Shown here: positions 38,131 to 51,545 of the stretch, one piece after another
Numbering within the stretch: the first letter of the stretch is position 1
Layout of the letters: every line of letters starts with the position of its first letter
Translations under genes and position numbers: made by a program
DNA from: Mobula hypostoma
Taxonomy: Eukaryota
DNA: 64,000 nucleotides
Direction of reading: 5' to 3'
Assembly: GCF_963921235.1 (NCBI RefSeq)
Contig: NC_086118.1
Location: 25,422,001 to 25,486,000, forward strand
The notes under the pieces: generated by a model
Told to the model about the DNA's origin: nothing
The model's database searches: none
What the model saw: the letters and a program-made list of their open reading frames with translations, nothing else

Positions 38131-41100
38131 TCATTAGCCTATTGCATTACACAAACATATTTATGGGACATATATTAGAGGTATCCACATTCTTGTCCTC
38201 CATAGGAAGTCCATGCCATATTCCCTCAAGAACAACGAAGGCTAAATTTTTTGAGCACCAGTCCATGTGACGTAGGTACAGTAAGCAGCGCTAAGCTTTT
38301 TCACTCACCAGGTGTACAAAAACAAAAGCAGCAATGAGAAGGGTCATTTAATGATTTGGAAAAAAAGGTGCAGATAGTATATGAAACTATATTAAAATTA
38401 AATGAAAGCGAGTGAAAAATAGAGGCGGGAGGAAAATAATAACTGCCCGTGAATTGCCAAGGTTAAATTTGTCAGCATTTGCTGTTCATATATCCAAACT
38501 AACCACCATCTTTAAATCTGCAAGTGCACAGCTAAAGTTAAAATTGCAATTCACTGTTGGAGACTATCTGATTCTGTCAGAGGGGTTTCGGGGATCAAGA
38601 TTAAATGAACTGGATTTTCTCCATCACCAGGAATCATTACCCACAGCTCCTGCCAGCTTGCACTTACCTGGACCGGAAACAGAAGGTGGATGAGCTGACT
38701 GTCCAGCCACAGATGGTGAGAACTGGGAGATCCACCCCAAGATTGCCCTCACACCCTTTGACTGGACGTAGGACTGGGGGTGGAATTTCAACCCCTAACA
38801 ACAGCTAAGAGGTATTTTTAACAGTTTGAAAATACCTGATATTTACAACATTGCTAAAATCAATAAAGATGCTGTATTGAAATAAACTTAAGTACATTGA
38901 AAAAATCATTGGAATATTAAAATGAGGAAAAAAAATTCTCTGCAACCAATCCTCAGGTAGATAATTCTCCAGCTGGGTGCAAGTTCCAATTCTGCACAGA
39001 TGCGCTGATGAAAGATCACAGCAGCTGAATTCCCCCAATTAATATAGTCTACAAAAAGAGTCTCTACCCAAAATGTTGACTGCCAATTTCCCTCCACAGA
39101 TGCTGCCTGACCTGCTGAGGGCCTCCAGTAGCTTTTCTTTAAATCGCCAGGGAATCGCTGCACATTCAGGATTTACTACTACCCTCCCAACTCAGTCCAG
39201 ACTTTTGTGTCCATCCAGGTCAAAGACTTACATACATGACATCATCAGCCAGAGCTGGCACAGTTTAGTTCACTATCAGTCCCAGTAAAACCCCAGAAGT
39301 GTCATGGTTGGTTGCATAATATACAAGTTAACATTTCATGGTGTACCCAGTCATTCTTTCAAGCCTTGGAAAATTACATCTCAGATCAACAGCCCGTCAG
39401 ATTATTAACATTGTGCATTACCAAACTAATTTTGGAAGTTTTTTTTTAATATAAAGATTAATACTTTAGGTTTGCCTTAACCTTGTGTACAATCTGATCC
39501 TGCACTCACAAAATGTTTAAAAAGTTGGTTAGAAAGTACTATCATCTTCCAAGTTTGCTAACTGAAGATTCTTCAAAGTGATTGATACTCCATTTGATTG
39601 ATGAGATCTGCTGATTGACACTAGTGATCCTGTGAAACTCTTATCCATCAGGAAAGGTGAATTTCAAACCCGAGGTCAGACCTTCTTTTGATGTCAGTAG
39701 TGAGTAGAAATTTTAATCACTCACTTCAGGAACAGGGCATGGGGAATCAGCACAATGATTATTAATACAAACCAGAGATAATGAAAAGTAGCAGTGAGGG
39801 AGAGAATTTAAATAGGTAGAGAATAGTCAAATTTCAGGGCAGTTCAGCTCATAGCTCCAGCAACCTGGATTCAATCCTCACTCCTGCTGTTGTCAGCGTG
39901 GAGCTTACATGTTCTCCTTGTGATTATTCAGGTTTCCCTTGGGTGCTCCCATTTCCACAGGCCATGCTAGCTGGCTCCTGTGAATTAACCCTGGTGGGAA
40001 TGGCTGACAGGAGAACCAGAGATGATAGGTGTGCGAGAGAGGATAAGCAGGGAAACAGAGCTGAACTTATGCTCTTCACCACAAGATGAGAATTTTAATC
40101 AAAGGCTGTAAAGGTGCAAATAGCAAACGTAAGCTGCAGTAAATGTTAGACACAATGAATTAATTTATGGAAGCAGATTTTAATATTTTAAATTGAACAA
40201 ATATTTCATAGAATTGCAGAAAATCACAGCAGTGGAAGGAGACCATTTGCTCAGTTGTGTCTCTGCAAACCATGAAAGGGTTTGTGGCAAGAACAAAAAA
40301 AGTTTCAGTTCAAAGATCCGTTAATAGAGATGACTTATAAGTACACTCAATGCTATTCTGAAGAATGTTCAATGACCTGAACTATTAACTCTCATTTCTC
40401 TCTTCACAGATTTTGCCTATCCAGTACTTTTGGCTTTTATTACAGCTTTTCAGCATCTGAAGTTTACATTGATTATCAAAAATAGATATATTCAAGTTCA
40501 TCCTACTTCTCAGTTCTTGTATTATGGCTCCTCGAGGTACAAAAATAGCAAAAGTATAGATGATTTCTTTCTATCAACCAATTCCTCAACCTACCTCAAA
40601 TTCTGCCACCAGGTTAGTAAGCAGCAATTAGCCCTGATTTTATTTATTCTTCTGGGCCCCCAGTTGTTGTACACAGTCATGACTTATTTTGTTCAAAGCA
40701 GTTCCAACCATGCAACAGCCTTTTAAATTTCGCCTGTCACTATTACATCCCGTAGGCTACTAACCCAACAGTACACAGTACTCTAGTACAACTTCCCTGC
40801 TTGCATTGTATGACTTTGCCAACAAACTCTCACGTTTGGTACAACATCTATCTTTAGTGGTCTTGCTGCCTTTAGTGATTTGTGGATATATTCTTCAATC
40901 ACCTGTTTTTCCCTTTATCCATTCATTTCTTTCTCCCATTGTCCCCAACTTTCAGCTGATTGAATTCTATTTGCTTATTTTGAATCCAAATAATTTGAAC
41001 ACATCTCTTCAGCTTCCAGCTTTGTGTTTCAATTTCGTTGCCAGTTCTGATGCTCTCTGCAAATTTAATCATTGTCCTTAATACCCATTCAAAATTTACA

Positions 41101-41442
41101 TTGAAAGCAAAGGACCCAATATCAAGCTTTGGAATCCCACTGCACAACTTTCAAACGCTAACTCCTTGCAATCATTATTCCTTGCTTTCTCCCACTAACC
41201 CAAATTCGCCACTTTTCCCACTGATCCTCTGTCCAACTCCCATTACCTGACCTATGGAACCTTGATCCTCGATATTTTCCAATAATTTACCCACTCTGGA
41301 TGTTAGGCTGACTGTCTCAAAAATCAACATCTTTCTTCTTTTCCCTTTAAAACAAAAGGACATTATCTGGCCTTCCGGCACACTTGAAGCACGGTTAATA
41401 CCTGTAATATTTCCACCCTACCCTTAAATTCAATTGATCTAT

Positions 41443-42670
41443 TTCCGACTCCTCCCTCCCTTTCCTTAATCCCTGTCTGCATCTCTGGAGACAAACTGCC
41501 TACCGATCTCTTTTAAAAGCCTACTGATTCCCACAGTCATCTTGACAATTCCTCTTCCCACAGTTTCCTGTAAAAAATGCTAATCCCTTTTCTCAGTTTC
41601 TTTGTCTCCACTACATCTATTCCCAGGATGAGCCTTTCCTTTCCAAGACATCAGAGATGTGCTGCTCCTTCAAAGAACGGAGTTCCCTTCTACCACCATT
41701 GATGCTGTATCTCACCTGCATATCCTCCATTTCCCAGATATTCTCAGATTCACCGACCTTCCCGTCGTGATAGGATTTATCTTGTCCTCACCTACCACTC
41801 ACAAGCCTCTGCATCCAACATATCATTCTCCACAACTTTTACCATCTTTAGTGAGACCCTACCAAACACATTCTTACCTACCCCCACCCCCCCACTCTCT
41901 ACTTTCTGCATGGATTACTCCCTCCGATTCACTTGTCCTGTTGTCTACCCCCACTAATCTCCCTCCTGGCACATACTCTTGCAAGTGACAGAAATGTTAC
42001 ACCTGCCCACTTACCTCCATTCAGGTCCCAGTCCTTCCAGATAAGGTAACAGCTCACCTATGAATCTTTTGGGATTGGGAGCAATATATACAGTAGACAA
42101 TGTTGCCTCCTCTACACCAGTGAAACCCGATGCAAACTGGGGGAAATCACTTTACCGAGTCCTTCACAACCCACAAAAGCAGAATTTCCCAGTGGCCAAC
42201 CATTCCCGTTCCTCTTACAACATGTGGTTCCATGGCTTCCTCTTCTGCCATGATGAGGCCACTCTCAGGTTGGAGAAGCAACACTTTACATTTCATTTCA
42301 GGAGTCTCCAACCTGATGGCATGAACATCAATTTCTCCAACTAGTAATTTTTTTTCTGTCCCCCTCCTCCTACTTCTATTCCCCATTCTTGCCTATTATC
42401 TCACCCTTTGGTCCCCCCTCCTTCCATTGCTCCCACAGTCCACACTCCTATCAGGTTCATTCTTCTCCATTCCTTTGCCTTCTCCACCAGTCACCTCCCA
42501 GCTCCTTACTTCATCCACCCTTCCCCCACCCCTCACCTTTCACATTCTATTGTCCTCCTGCCCCCTACCTTTCCATTTCCAGTAAAGGTTCTTGGCCCAA
42601 AATGTCAACTGTCTATTCATTTCCATAGATGCTGCCTGACGCACTGAGTTCTTCCACCATTTTGTGTTTC
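41443..42670 (+). mobile_element. Old, degenerate Penelope-like element
   Basis: Remnants PTNLPPGTYSCK and EATLRLEKQHFTFHFRSLQPDGMNINFSN; decayed terminal repeat. Confidence 0.85.
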
Positions 42671-45561
42671 TCTCTTGATTCTTGTGTTTTGTAATATTTC
42701 CTTCCTTGATCCAAGAATCCAGCACATATTTTCTAGGCCCAAAATTTATCCACTTTTAAAGTTGCTGGAGCTTTTAAAATATTAACAGAATCAAAAGTGA
42801 GACGCATTTGTAAAGATTCTGTAATACTATTGAAATAACTTGAAACCAGATTCAGAGAAATCCAGGTGTTGGATAATGACTTTTACACAAGATGGTAGAA
42901 AAGCAACTAGATGTACAAGAACATACTTGGTATGAGTTGGTATTTTGGCTGTCTTTTCAGGGATCAGTGGACTTCACTTTTACTCCACTGGAGTTGAGAA
43001 TTGAGAAAAGGATGGGGATAAATTGGAATTTCAATCATTAGTGTCATTTGGCATTGCACCAAATACAGCTGTATTCACTCTCCACCTCCTAATCAAATCC
43101 AGGAAACTATTTAAATCTTGCTGCTCTCTACTTTATATCCATTCACACCTTTTTATTCTGTTAACTAGTCCTGCTGGGAACATCAGATGTTTTCTAAATC
43201 TACTTTGAAAACAGAAGCAGAATTGTTATGGCCAAGGTGGCATAATTCAGTCCTTCCTTAAATCTTCTCAAAAGTACGATCATTATTGTTCAGCCCAAGT
43301 GGTTATTTGTCCCTTCTTTTTAAATAAAAAGTCACCTGTGAAGGGGGAAGGGTAATTAGAGTATATAAAAAAAATGCTGGCAAATCTTCCTTCAATGGTT
43401 TTACCACTTTTTGTTGCATCACATTGAATGAGCATTACTACCTTCCTGGTTTCACACACTTTGGTACATAGAACAGTGCAGCACAGGAACAGGCCCTTTG
43501 GCCAAACCAACACCCAAACACTAATCCCTCCTACCTACACAACACCCATATCCCTCCATGTTCCTCACATCCATGTGCCTATCTGAACATTTGACTTTCC
43601 ATTATAAAAACGCTGTCGAAAACTCATTTTTCTATAAAGTTCGGTCAGATAATTTAGCAGGTGATATCACCACTTCTTCACATCTCCAGGGTGTTTGATC
43701 TAGACACCAGCATCTGGAATCTCTTATCTGGCCTCTGCTCTGATTCTAATTCATCAATGTGCAACTTCCATTTCTGAAGATGATCCATTTATCTCATGTC
43801 AACTCAGACAAGTTCACATTTTACAATTACAGAATGTTGAGGGATACAGGAACATCAAATACAATCTTGGTTTATATATACAGTGCATATTAGTTTGCAC
43901 AACTTTTACTGGTACAGACTTGGTAATACTAAACCTGTGTATCCATGATCAATCAACAAAATGCTGGAACAACCAACCATGTTTCAGCTCTCTAGCTAGG
44001 CAGTTACACAATACTGAAACCGAAGTGAAGCCCAAAAACTGACATCCCAGTCTGAAGGATCAACCAGCACTCAGCACTGATGGATCATTTCTGCCATAAA
44101 GATTATACTTCAGGATCAGAAAACAAAACACACAAACTCAAGGTTAATATCCAACTTGCTTCTTCCCTCACATTGTCTAAATTTATTTTACACGGCTAAA
44201 TATTTTCCTCAAAAGATGCCAGCTATTTCTATCCAATAGTGAGTTTTTAAAGCCAAAAAAATTCATCCAAGTTGTTCTTACATTTTGGCGGGACTGTTCA
44301 TCACGAAGACCTCAATTTTTGAGGAGACAATTGCACAGACTTAAGCAATCAGTCATTAACCTGGCCCAAATAGGCATCTTTTTGTGAATGATCTGGACAC
44401 GCATATTGGTATTCAAGCATAACAGTCCAACTTTACTCTTTGTTCTTATATGAAGAGAGGAGATTCAGGACGGTCACTAGAATTTGCTGGCAGCTACATG
44501 AACTCTCCACTTAATTACCATCAAGTCTGAGATCCTCCCTCCGATAGGGATGTCTTAAAAGTTGCTGGCAACACCGCAGAATTTTCCAATTCTGTTGTGA
44601 CAATTAACACCAGAGTTCAGCGTCCAGCCATTTATCCATTCAACTGGCACAGCAAGAAACTACTAGTTTCACCAAAGCAGCAACTATGAATTATATTCCA
44701 GTTTTGTTTGATTTGCATCACCAGTAACATTTCTCAATGTTCAAAGCTTTTGATTACCAACTGACAGCTGTTTCTGCAGCTTTGACACTGGCAGAGCACA
44801 TTCCTACCCTTACACCCACTGGCATCACTGCACCACACAATTCCTGGTTGCCAGCATCTTGATTTTAGGAACAGGGTGCACTATCTAGTAAACTGGTAAT
44901 CTGCAATCCCAAAGGTTAAGGGGTTATTTACAGTGGCTCAGGAAAGTATAATGGCAATAACTTTGGCCCAGTTTTGTTTTTGTGCTCAAGTGTGCACCTC
45001 ATCCATCCCACTGATCTGCTCCCAGCAAATTCCACATTAATCAGGCTGAACAAATTTATTCGAGAGTATTAGTGCAGTCAGACTGTTGAAACTCTAGGAG
45101 AAAAATCAAATTAGGGCATAACAAAAATATTCATTTCTAAAACAGATACTCTACTCTTCATAATCATTCTGTGTGAGAAGTATGACCTTATTTAAATAAT
45201 TTAAATCACTATTTAGCATATTTTAGGGAAATAAGCATCAGCTGCCTTATCCCAAAGAATTTTTTTGGTGTTTGGAGCAGGTTTGGGGTGGGAGAAGGAA
45301 ATAAGAATCTGTGGTTCATTTTAATGAAGTAATTAGTTCAAAGGGAATACTGCAGGGTTGAAATCTCCAAAAGACAGTACAAATTGACCAGGTATCAACA
45401 GCCGACTGAACTCAGTACAAATTTTAAAACATCATTGAAGCAAATAAGTGGGACTCATCTCTTTCAGAGCATTAAATGAGAATTACTGGCAAAGATCAAG
45501 AACTAACAGGCACAGTTGTCTAAATTAAGAGGATTACACAGGATAAAATGTTGTACTTAAC

Positions 45562-47182
45562 TTTATTGTTTTCTTAAAAAAATTGTTGCTTTCCAAGAAT
45601 TTTTTTATTGAACAGTATAGCTGTCTAGAAATACAGGTATACAAGGTATGAGAGTGACAGTGCCTAGTGATCAACAGCTCGTACAGAAAAATATTTCAGA
45701 TGTTAAAAAGTTTTAAACAAGATATTAAGAAATTCCTGCATGGTACAGAAGGCTCAAGGTACATATTCAAAACACCATGTTAACCCCCAATATAAATTCT
45801 GATCACAGGGATTTTACAAGGCATGAAGCACAGCTGCATAAAATAGAAAACCATTTTAATGGTTACATACTCAGCATAGTGTATTATATGTTTTTACTGT
45901 GATGCCTGATCTTGTAACCAAATTATAAGCCGTGTGTCTAAGGCACTTCTGAAATCTCTTCACATAAATTCTAATGGAACTCCTGTTTGAATAAAAATTG
46001 ATATGAACTGATTTTCGACTTTGAAACATGCAGCATCTGGTAGCTTGAAGGCTTATGCAAATACTCTATGAACTTTGGAAAATCAAGTGTCCATCACCCC
46101 TTATGCAAAAAAACATTAGCTGCATACTGTTTGGAAGAAGTTACATAGGAACAGATTGTGGGAAAGCAGCTAATCTAAACAGTATTCAAAGATTTTAATC
46201 AATCAACTAGAAAGGCCAATCTGTTCTGGGTCCATTGTACAAAAACTTTCATCCATATTTGGGGTAAAATTACTAAATAGGAATGGAAGAGGGCATTTTA
46301 AAAAAGTGTCTGAAGTACTCATGCTCATGTGCGAAATGTAAGCAGCTTAATGGGAAAACACAAGAACACAGTTCAAACACTAAACACAGTTAAAGAACAT
46401 TTTAATCACAATATAGCTATTAAACTCCAATTGTTGTACTTCAAAATGATTTGTGCAAATTATGATCCCCACTAACAATCTGAAAAGGGTTCCAGCAAGT
46501 TGGAGTGATAGGAGTGAATGTACATTAAAAATCACAAGTAGATTAAGTCACAGGTTTATGACTGATGGTAATTCCAGGATATTTCAGTGTAGCTAAATTT
46601 GAGTTATTGATTAGTCCCTGGTTACTCAAAGTATATGTTGGCACTAACAATGCAGGCCTGTCCTTGCATTGAACACGATGCTCACCAGATACTGCCATCC
46701 TAATAGATAATTACAACGATAAAACTTGTTTACTCAGATCCAGCAACGCTCACAGTTTGGTCTTTAAACAGCAATTGGCTGCAGATTAACAACTCAATAA
46801 ATTCTAAGCCATTGTCCACAGAATTATATGGAAATACATGTTTACTTGTACTTGTAGCATGCATAACAATATATAAGGCTCCTTCTGATTACACCCCAAC
46901 TCCCAGATCTCATTTGGGTTTAGGTGTAGTTCAACATTTTAAATGTGTTCAAATTGGTATTTGATAATCAAAGGAAATTTGGGATATAATATGTAGGGTG
47001 CAGCAAGATAAAAAGTAAATTAAGATGCAAGAGGACAATGGCTTACTTGAAAACTTGCTTGTTTTTTAAAAAAATAAAATAGGAAGGAAAGAATCAGAAA
47101 TCATCAGTTCAGTAATCATTCTAATCTTCAGCTTCTCTTTGATCAGGAAAAGGAGCTCCATGTTAGTTAACCATGAATGACT
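45562..47182 (-). other. MYH10: MYH10 3' UTR with poly(A) signals
   Basis: Repeat-free ~1.6 kb after the stop; minus-strand AATAAA (plus tttatt) at 45604-45609 and 45562-45567. Confidence 0.6.
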
Positions 47183-47330
47183 CTACTCTGCCTGGTTTAA
47201 CGATTCATTAAGATCACCACCACCCTTACTGTCCACGTCATCATCCGAGAGTTCAAGTGCAGTACCCTCCAGCTGCAGTGCACGTCTTCCGGTTCGACTA
47301 GTGGTGAATGTCAGACCAGTGCCACCCCGC
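47183..47330 (-). CDS. MYH10: MYH10 terminal exon (non-helical tailpiece)
   Basis: ccttag|G CGG...; encodes [48 protein letters not shown], resembling the MYH10 tail (RRGG...GRRQLHLEGASLELSDDD) rather than MYH9 or MYH11; adjacency to NDEL1 also fits MYH10. Confidence 0.93.
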
Positions 47331-48497
47331 CTAAGGAATACAACGGTAAATATCTCACTAGTAAATATTACAAGCCAATGAGACAAAAATCATAGCATTA
47401 TTTCTACTAGACTTAGGAATAAGCTTTGCATCAATCACTTGCTCTATCAAGTAACTGACTTGGAAACAACTGGCAAGTGCTTTGGATCCATGCATTCACT
47501 GTGGCACATTTACAAATAAGCAATAAATATACATAGTTAAACTTTAGTTTTAAAGCAGTTTTGTTAATGAGGAAGCTGATGGGTGTGTACTAATTCTTAT
47601 AAAATTGGTCAGAGTATAACTGTGGTCCAGCAGGGAAAAAAAAAACCCTTTCATCGTTGAAATCTGTCCGCCTGGAACAATGTGAAGTGGCACTGATCAC
47701 AAGCCTTTCTGTAAATAACTTGTTTCCTTCTGGTGACGATTAATGCCCATCAATACCACCTGATAATTAATAGTTCACGATAGGAGGTCACAACCTGTAC
47801 AGTTACTGCCTCACAGGTCAAGACTGAGACACTGGTCCAACTCCTGACCTTGGGTGTTGTATTAATTCCACACAGGCACGAGTTCGTGGTTTACACTGGT
47901 CTCTTCTCACATCCCAAAGTCGTGCCCCTTGTGGGCAGCTGAGTGGGAGTCTGGAGGAAGCTGATATGCAGAATGTGTGCAAATGGGTAACAAAGTTACT
48001 CCAGCTCAATGTTCTGAAGGAACATTTTCTGTGCAGCACTTCTCTAACACTATAATGTAACTGGTGAGAAACGGGAAATGTAGGATCTTTGTATCTGTTC
48101 TCTATCTGCTTTGTATTTTCTGCCGCACATTTACTGTTTATTATGGTAGCTAGTCACATGAGAGGGGACATGGTAAAAGCAAAGGGAATAGGTTACCTTG
48201 CTTATTTCGTTGCAGTGGGTAGCTCAGTGGTGGTCGCATCTTTTGCTGATCCTTGAGAACACTCAATAATGCTTTATTGTAAGGATCAAATAATAGGTTC
48301 AATTTTCGGATTAAATCATTGGCGCCGTGGGCACATCTTGTAAGTATAACAGTCCGTATGGTCGCAGGCAAGTGTTTTGATTTTGGGTAAGTTTTGCCGC
48401 TATAGGAATGTTATATTCACCTTTCACCAGTTTCCTCAACTTTAGCTTTTTCTACCTGATGTTGTAAAATATGTAATAATTTCAACAATCGTGGACA

Positions 48498-49100
48498 GGG
48501 AGTTGAGAAGGCATTTAGGAGGCTGGCCTTCACTAGTCAAGAAGCTGACTATAGGAGATGGGGCATTATGTTGCAGTTCTACAAGTCAATGGTGAGGCTG
48601 CACTTGGAATACTGAATGCAGTTTGGCACCCTGTTATGAGGAGGATGTGGTTAAACTGAAAAGTCCAAAGATTTATAAGAATGTTGCCAAAGACTAAAGA
48701 GCCTGAGTTATAGGAAAGGTTGGCCAGGATGGGACTTTATTTCTATAAAGTTGTGCCTAATTCTCCTGTGCTCCAATGAATACTTAAAATTATGACAGCA
48801 TCATCAAATTTGACAATAATAGTCTTTTCCCCAGTGTAGAGGAGACCAAGACTAGAGAGCAGAGATTAAGGTTGAGAGGGTAAAGATTTAAAAGAGACCT
48901 TAGAGAAACTTTTCCATGTAGTGTTGTGAGTATATGGAACAAGCAACCAGAAGTGTTTGAGGCAGGTACAATATCATTTAAGAAGGATAGGTACATGGAA
49001 GGGCAGGGGCTGAACGCAAAAATTGGGATAGGTTGGGTGGGCACCATGGTTAACATGGACTTGTTGGGCTGAATGGCCACTATCCATGCAGTATTGCTGA
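48498..49100 (+). mobile_element. Old CR1 3' fragment
   Basis: Degenerate MLQFYKSMVRLHLEY and FKRDLR..VVSIWN sequence followed by a CR1 3' UTR. Confidence 0.75.
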
Positions 49101-49916
49101 GTGACCCCAATACTGAAATAGTGCGACATTACCCAACTTTCAATTGTTACTGCAGAGAAAAGGGAGGCATGGAATGGGGACTGGGAACAGACAGAATGAT
49201 TAAAGAACATATTAAATAAATACACCTCCACTAAGTAGTCATATCCATTTCATAGCCTAATTGTGTTAGTCAAATTGAAATAACACTGTCAGCAAAATAT
49301 ACACACTGGCAGCTGTTTAGTGGAGACCCAAAGCTGCTGTTAAACTAGCCTTCTTCAACAATCAACACTATATCACACATTGGTTCAGTTAATTACTGGA
49401 ATTAGTCTCCCTGGAATCAACCACTACATCTTGTCAGAGAGTTAACTGTTCTCGATCTTGGGGGTACGGAAGGCGATGAAAGACTTGTTGCCTGATCACA
49501 TCTACTGACTCTTGCTGACAAGTGGGTCTCATTGATTTGGACTGAAACATGAGGAGTGTGCTGAATGTAGAGTGGTGAGACAAATGGTACTACTGAGTCT
49601 CAGCTCCAGGGATCCAAATTCCATCCTGTCTTCAAAATATGTGTGGAATGTGCACACTCACATTCCCTGCAGGCGCTCCCATTTTCTTCTGCTGCCAAGA
49701 TGTGCTTGTGGATTAACTGGCCACTAATTTATCGCTTCGTGCAGGTTATAAAGAATCAAAAGGGATTTAAATAAATCAGAGTATCAGAAGTAAGGAGAGG
49801 GATGGGACTGTTTGCCTGGGAGTTGACATGGGACCGAAGGGTTGGATGGTCTGTTGTGCTGGTACAAGATGAAAGGGAGATGATAAATAAAGGAAACACT
49901 TTGAAGATTACAGCAA

Positions 49917-50076
49917 ACATAAAGTCTGCAGATGCTGGAAATTCAAAGCAACACACACGAAATGCTGGAGAGAATTTTCCCCTTCATTTCCAGTCCTGAT
50001 GAAGAGTCTCGGCCTGAGACATTGACTCTTTTCCATAGATGCTGCCTGGCTGAGTTCTTCCAGCATTGTGTGTGTG
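49917..50076. mobile_element. Miniature inverted PLE-terminal-repeat insertion
   Basis: 15-bp TSD tgaagat(t/c)acagcaa at 49902-49916 and 50077-50091; decayed hammerhead at 49991-50027. Confidence 0.75.
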
Positions 50077-50291
50077 TGAAGATCACAGCAAGCCAAATGG
50101 CTTCCTGTACCAAAAATTTCATTGATATTGCCAAGTCCACGAATTCCAGATGCCTTCTCAAATGATAAACTGTGGCCTTCGAACTGGCAAGTCTCAGAGT
50201 GTAGAATATAAGTACTATGATCCCAATTCCATCTGAAGTTCATCCAGACTTTTTCTGGCTAAAATTCTTAAAAGATTGACACCAACTTTAC

Positions 50292-50464
50292 CTTAGCCTG
50301 CTCTTCAGAGTGTTGACCTCACGGTTCATCGCCTCGGCAGTCTCCGTGGTATCATCCAGTTCCCGCTGGAGTTTCCGACGGGCTGCGTTGGCGCGGGTTG
50401 CTTCCTCTTCTGCCTCTTCCAGCTGCCGCTTGAGTTGTTTCATGCGCGAGTTCGACTTCTCCAC
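50292..50464 (-). CDS. MYH10: MYH10 penultimate exon (end of rod)
   Basis: ctccag|GTG...CTAAG|gtaaag; encodes [57 protein letters not shown](R); 173 bp. Confidence 0.96.
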
Positions 50465-51150
50465 CTGGAGAGAAAAAAAAACTCAGACCTATTTTGAAGT
50501 TGGAATCAGGTTCTGCCTGTAAACTTAACATTAAGCATTCACTTCATCTTTCTTTTCCTACTGCTGAACAACCCAGTAACCCACAAGTTTCTATGGTCCA
50601 ATCATTTATGCTTGCGAGTGCAAGCAGATAGGATTCATTGTCTTATGGGGACAGTTTTAGGATGACAAACTCATGGTTAGCAGAACAGTAGCTCATACAT
50701 CAGGTCCTTCTGAAACACTGTCACTGTGCAGGGCTACAGGCTTGCATTATGCAATTGGAGGGCGACAGGGCCCCACGTCCCACACTCAACATTTTAGGAA
50801 CAGCTTCTTCCCCTCTGGCAGGTTTCTGAATAGTCCATGAACACCTTACTGTTCCTCTTTTGCATTTTATTTTACATTGTAATTCGTAGTAATTATGTCT
50901 TGCACAATACTGCTACCACAAAACAACATTTTACAAAATACTAGCAATAATAACCCTGATCATGACAGATTCTATGCACCATCTAACCATGAGACTGGCA
51001 ACTGAGGCTTCTGCCTCATTTCCACAAATGTCTCTCCCCTCCTATCCTCTACCCACACTTCTTATTCCTTGTTTTGTTTTAAAAATGGTAGAAACAGAAG
51101 GTTCAAAAGGTAGCACAAAAATTAAAATCGCTCTCTCTCTCTGGCTATCC

Positions 51151-51545
51151 ATCCCATAGGATGATGATGGTTCCTTTCAGTTAGAAAGGAATAGCGTGTA
51201 CGTGAGTGGATTTTAGGTGAGTAGGGGGTTGCACAGGTCCAGACCCACCCTCTTGACATCCCCTCCCGGATCCAGTGGCATGGTGGGGTCCAAGATGACT
51301 GGGGCAAGTTCTGTTACAGAGAGTGGCCAGGCCAAGCTTTGATGCAAGGGATGCCCTTTCTGTGCTTCGCGGCACGTGTTTGCTAGATGGCCATCGACCC
51401 TACGAGAGGGTTCATCCGCCCTTTGGCAGGTCTTGTTTTTCGTCCTGCAGGGTGTCTAGCCACCCTCTTCACCAGGCAAGCCACATGCGACAGGTAGTAC
51501 TGGGTTACATGGTACCAGTAGCACTCAGACCAGTGACCTGACTGT
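51151..51545 (-). repeat. Unclassified GC-rich interspersed element, possibly non-autonomous RTE-like
   Basis: Sharp GC and CpG increase relative to the flanks; minus-strand end followed by (AG)n; no coding remnant recognised. Confidence 0.35.

Noticed and set aside
38605..38808. GC-richer segment with donor-like sites on both strands
   Set aside because: No matching acceptor, partner exon or recognisable protein similarity.
39050..42670. Further hammerhead-like remnants near 39060, 40360 and 42590
   Set aside because: The CTGANGA or GAAA box is lost; these are decayed PLE ends and were not counted as ribozymes.
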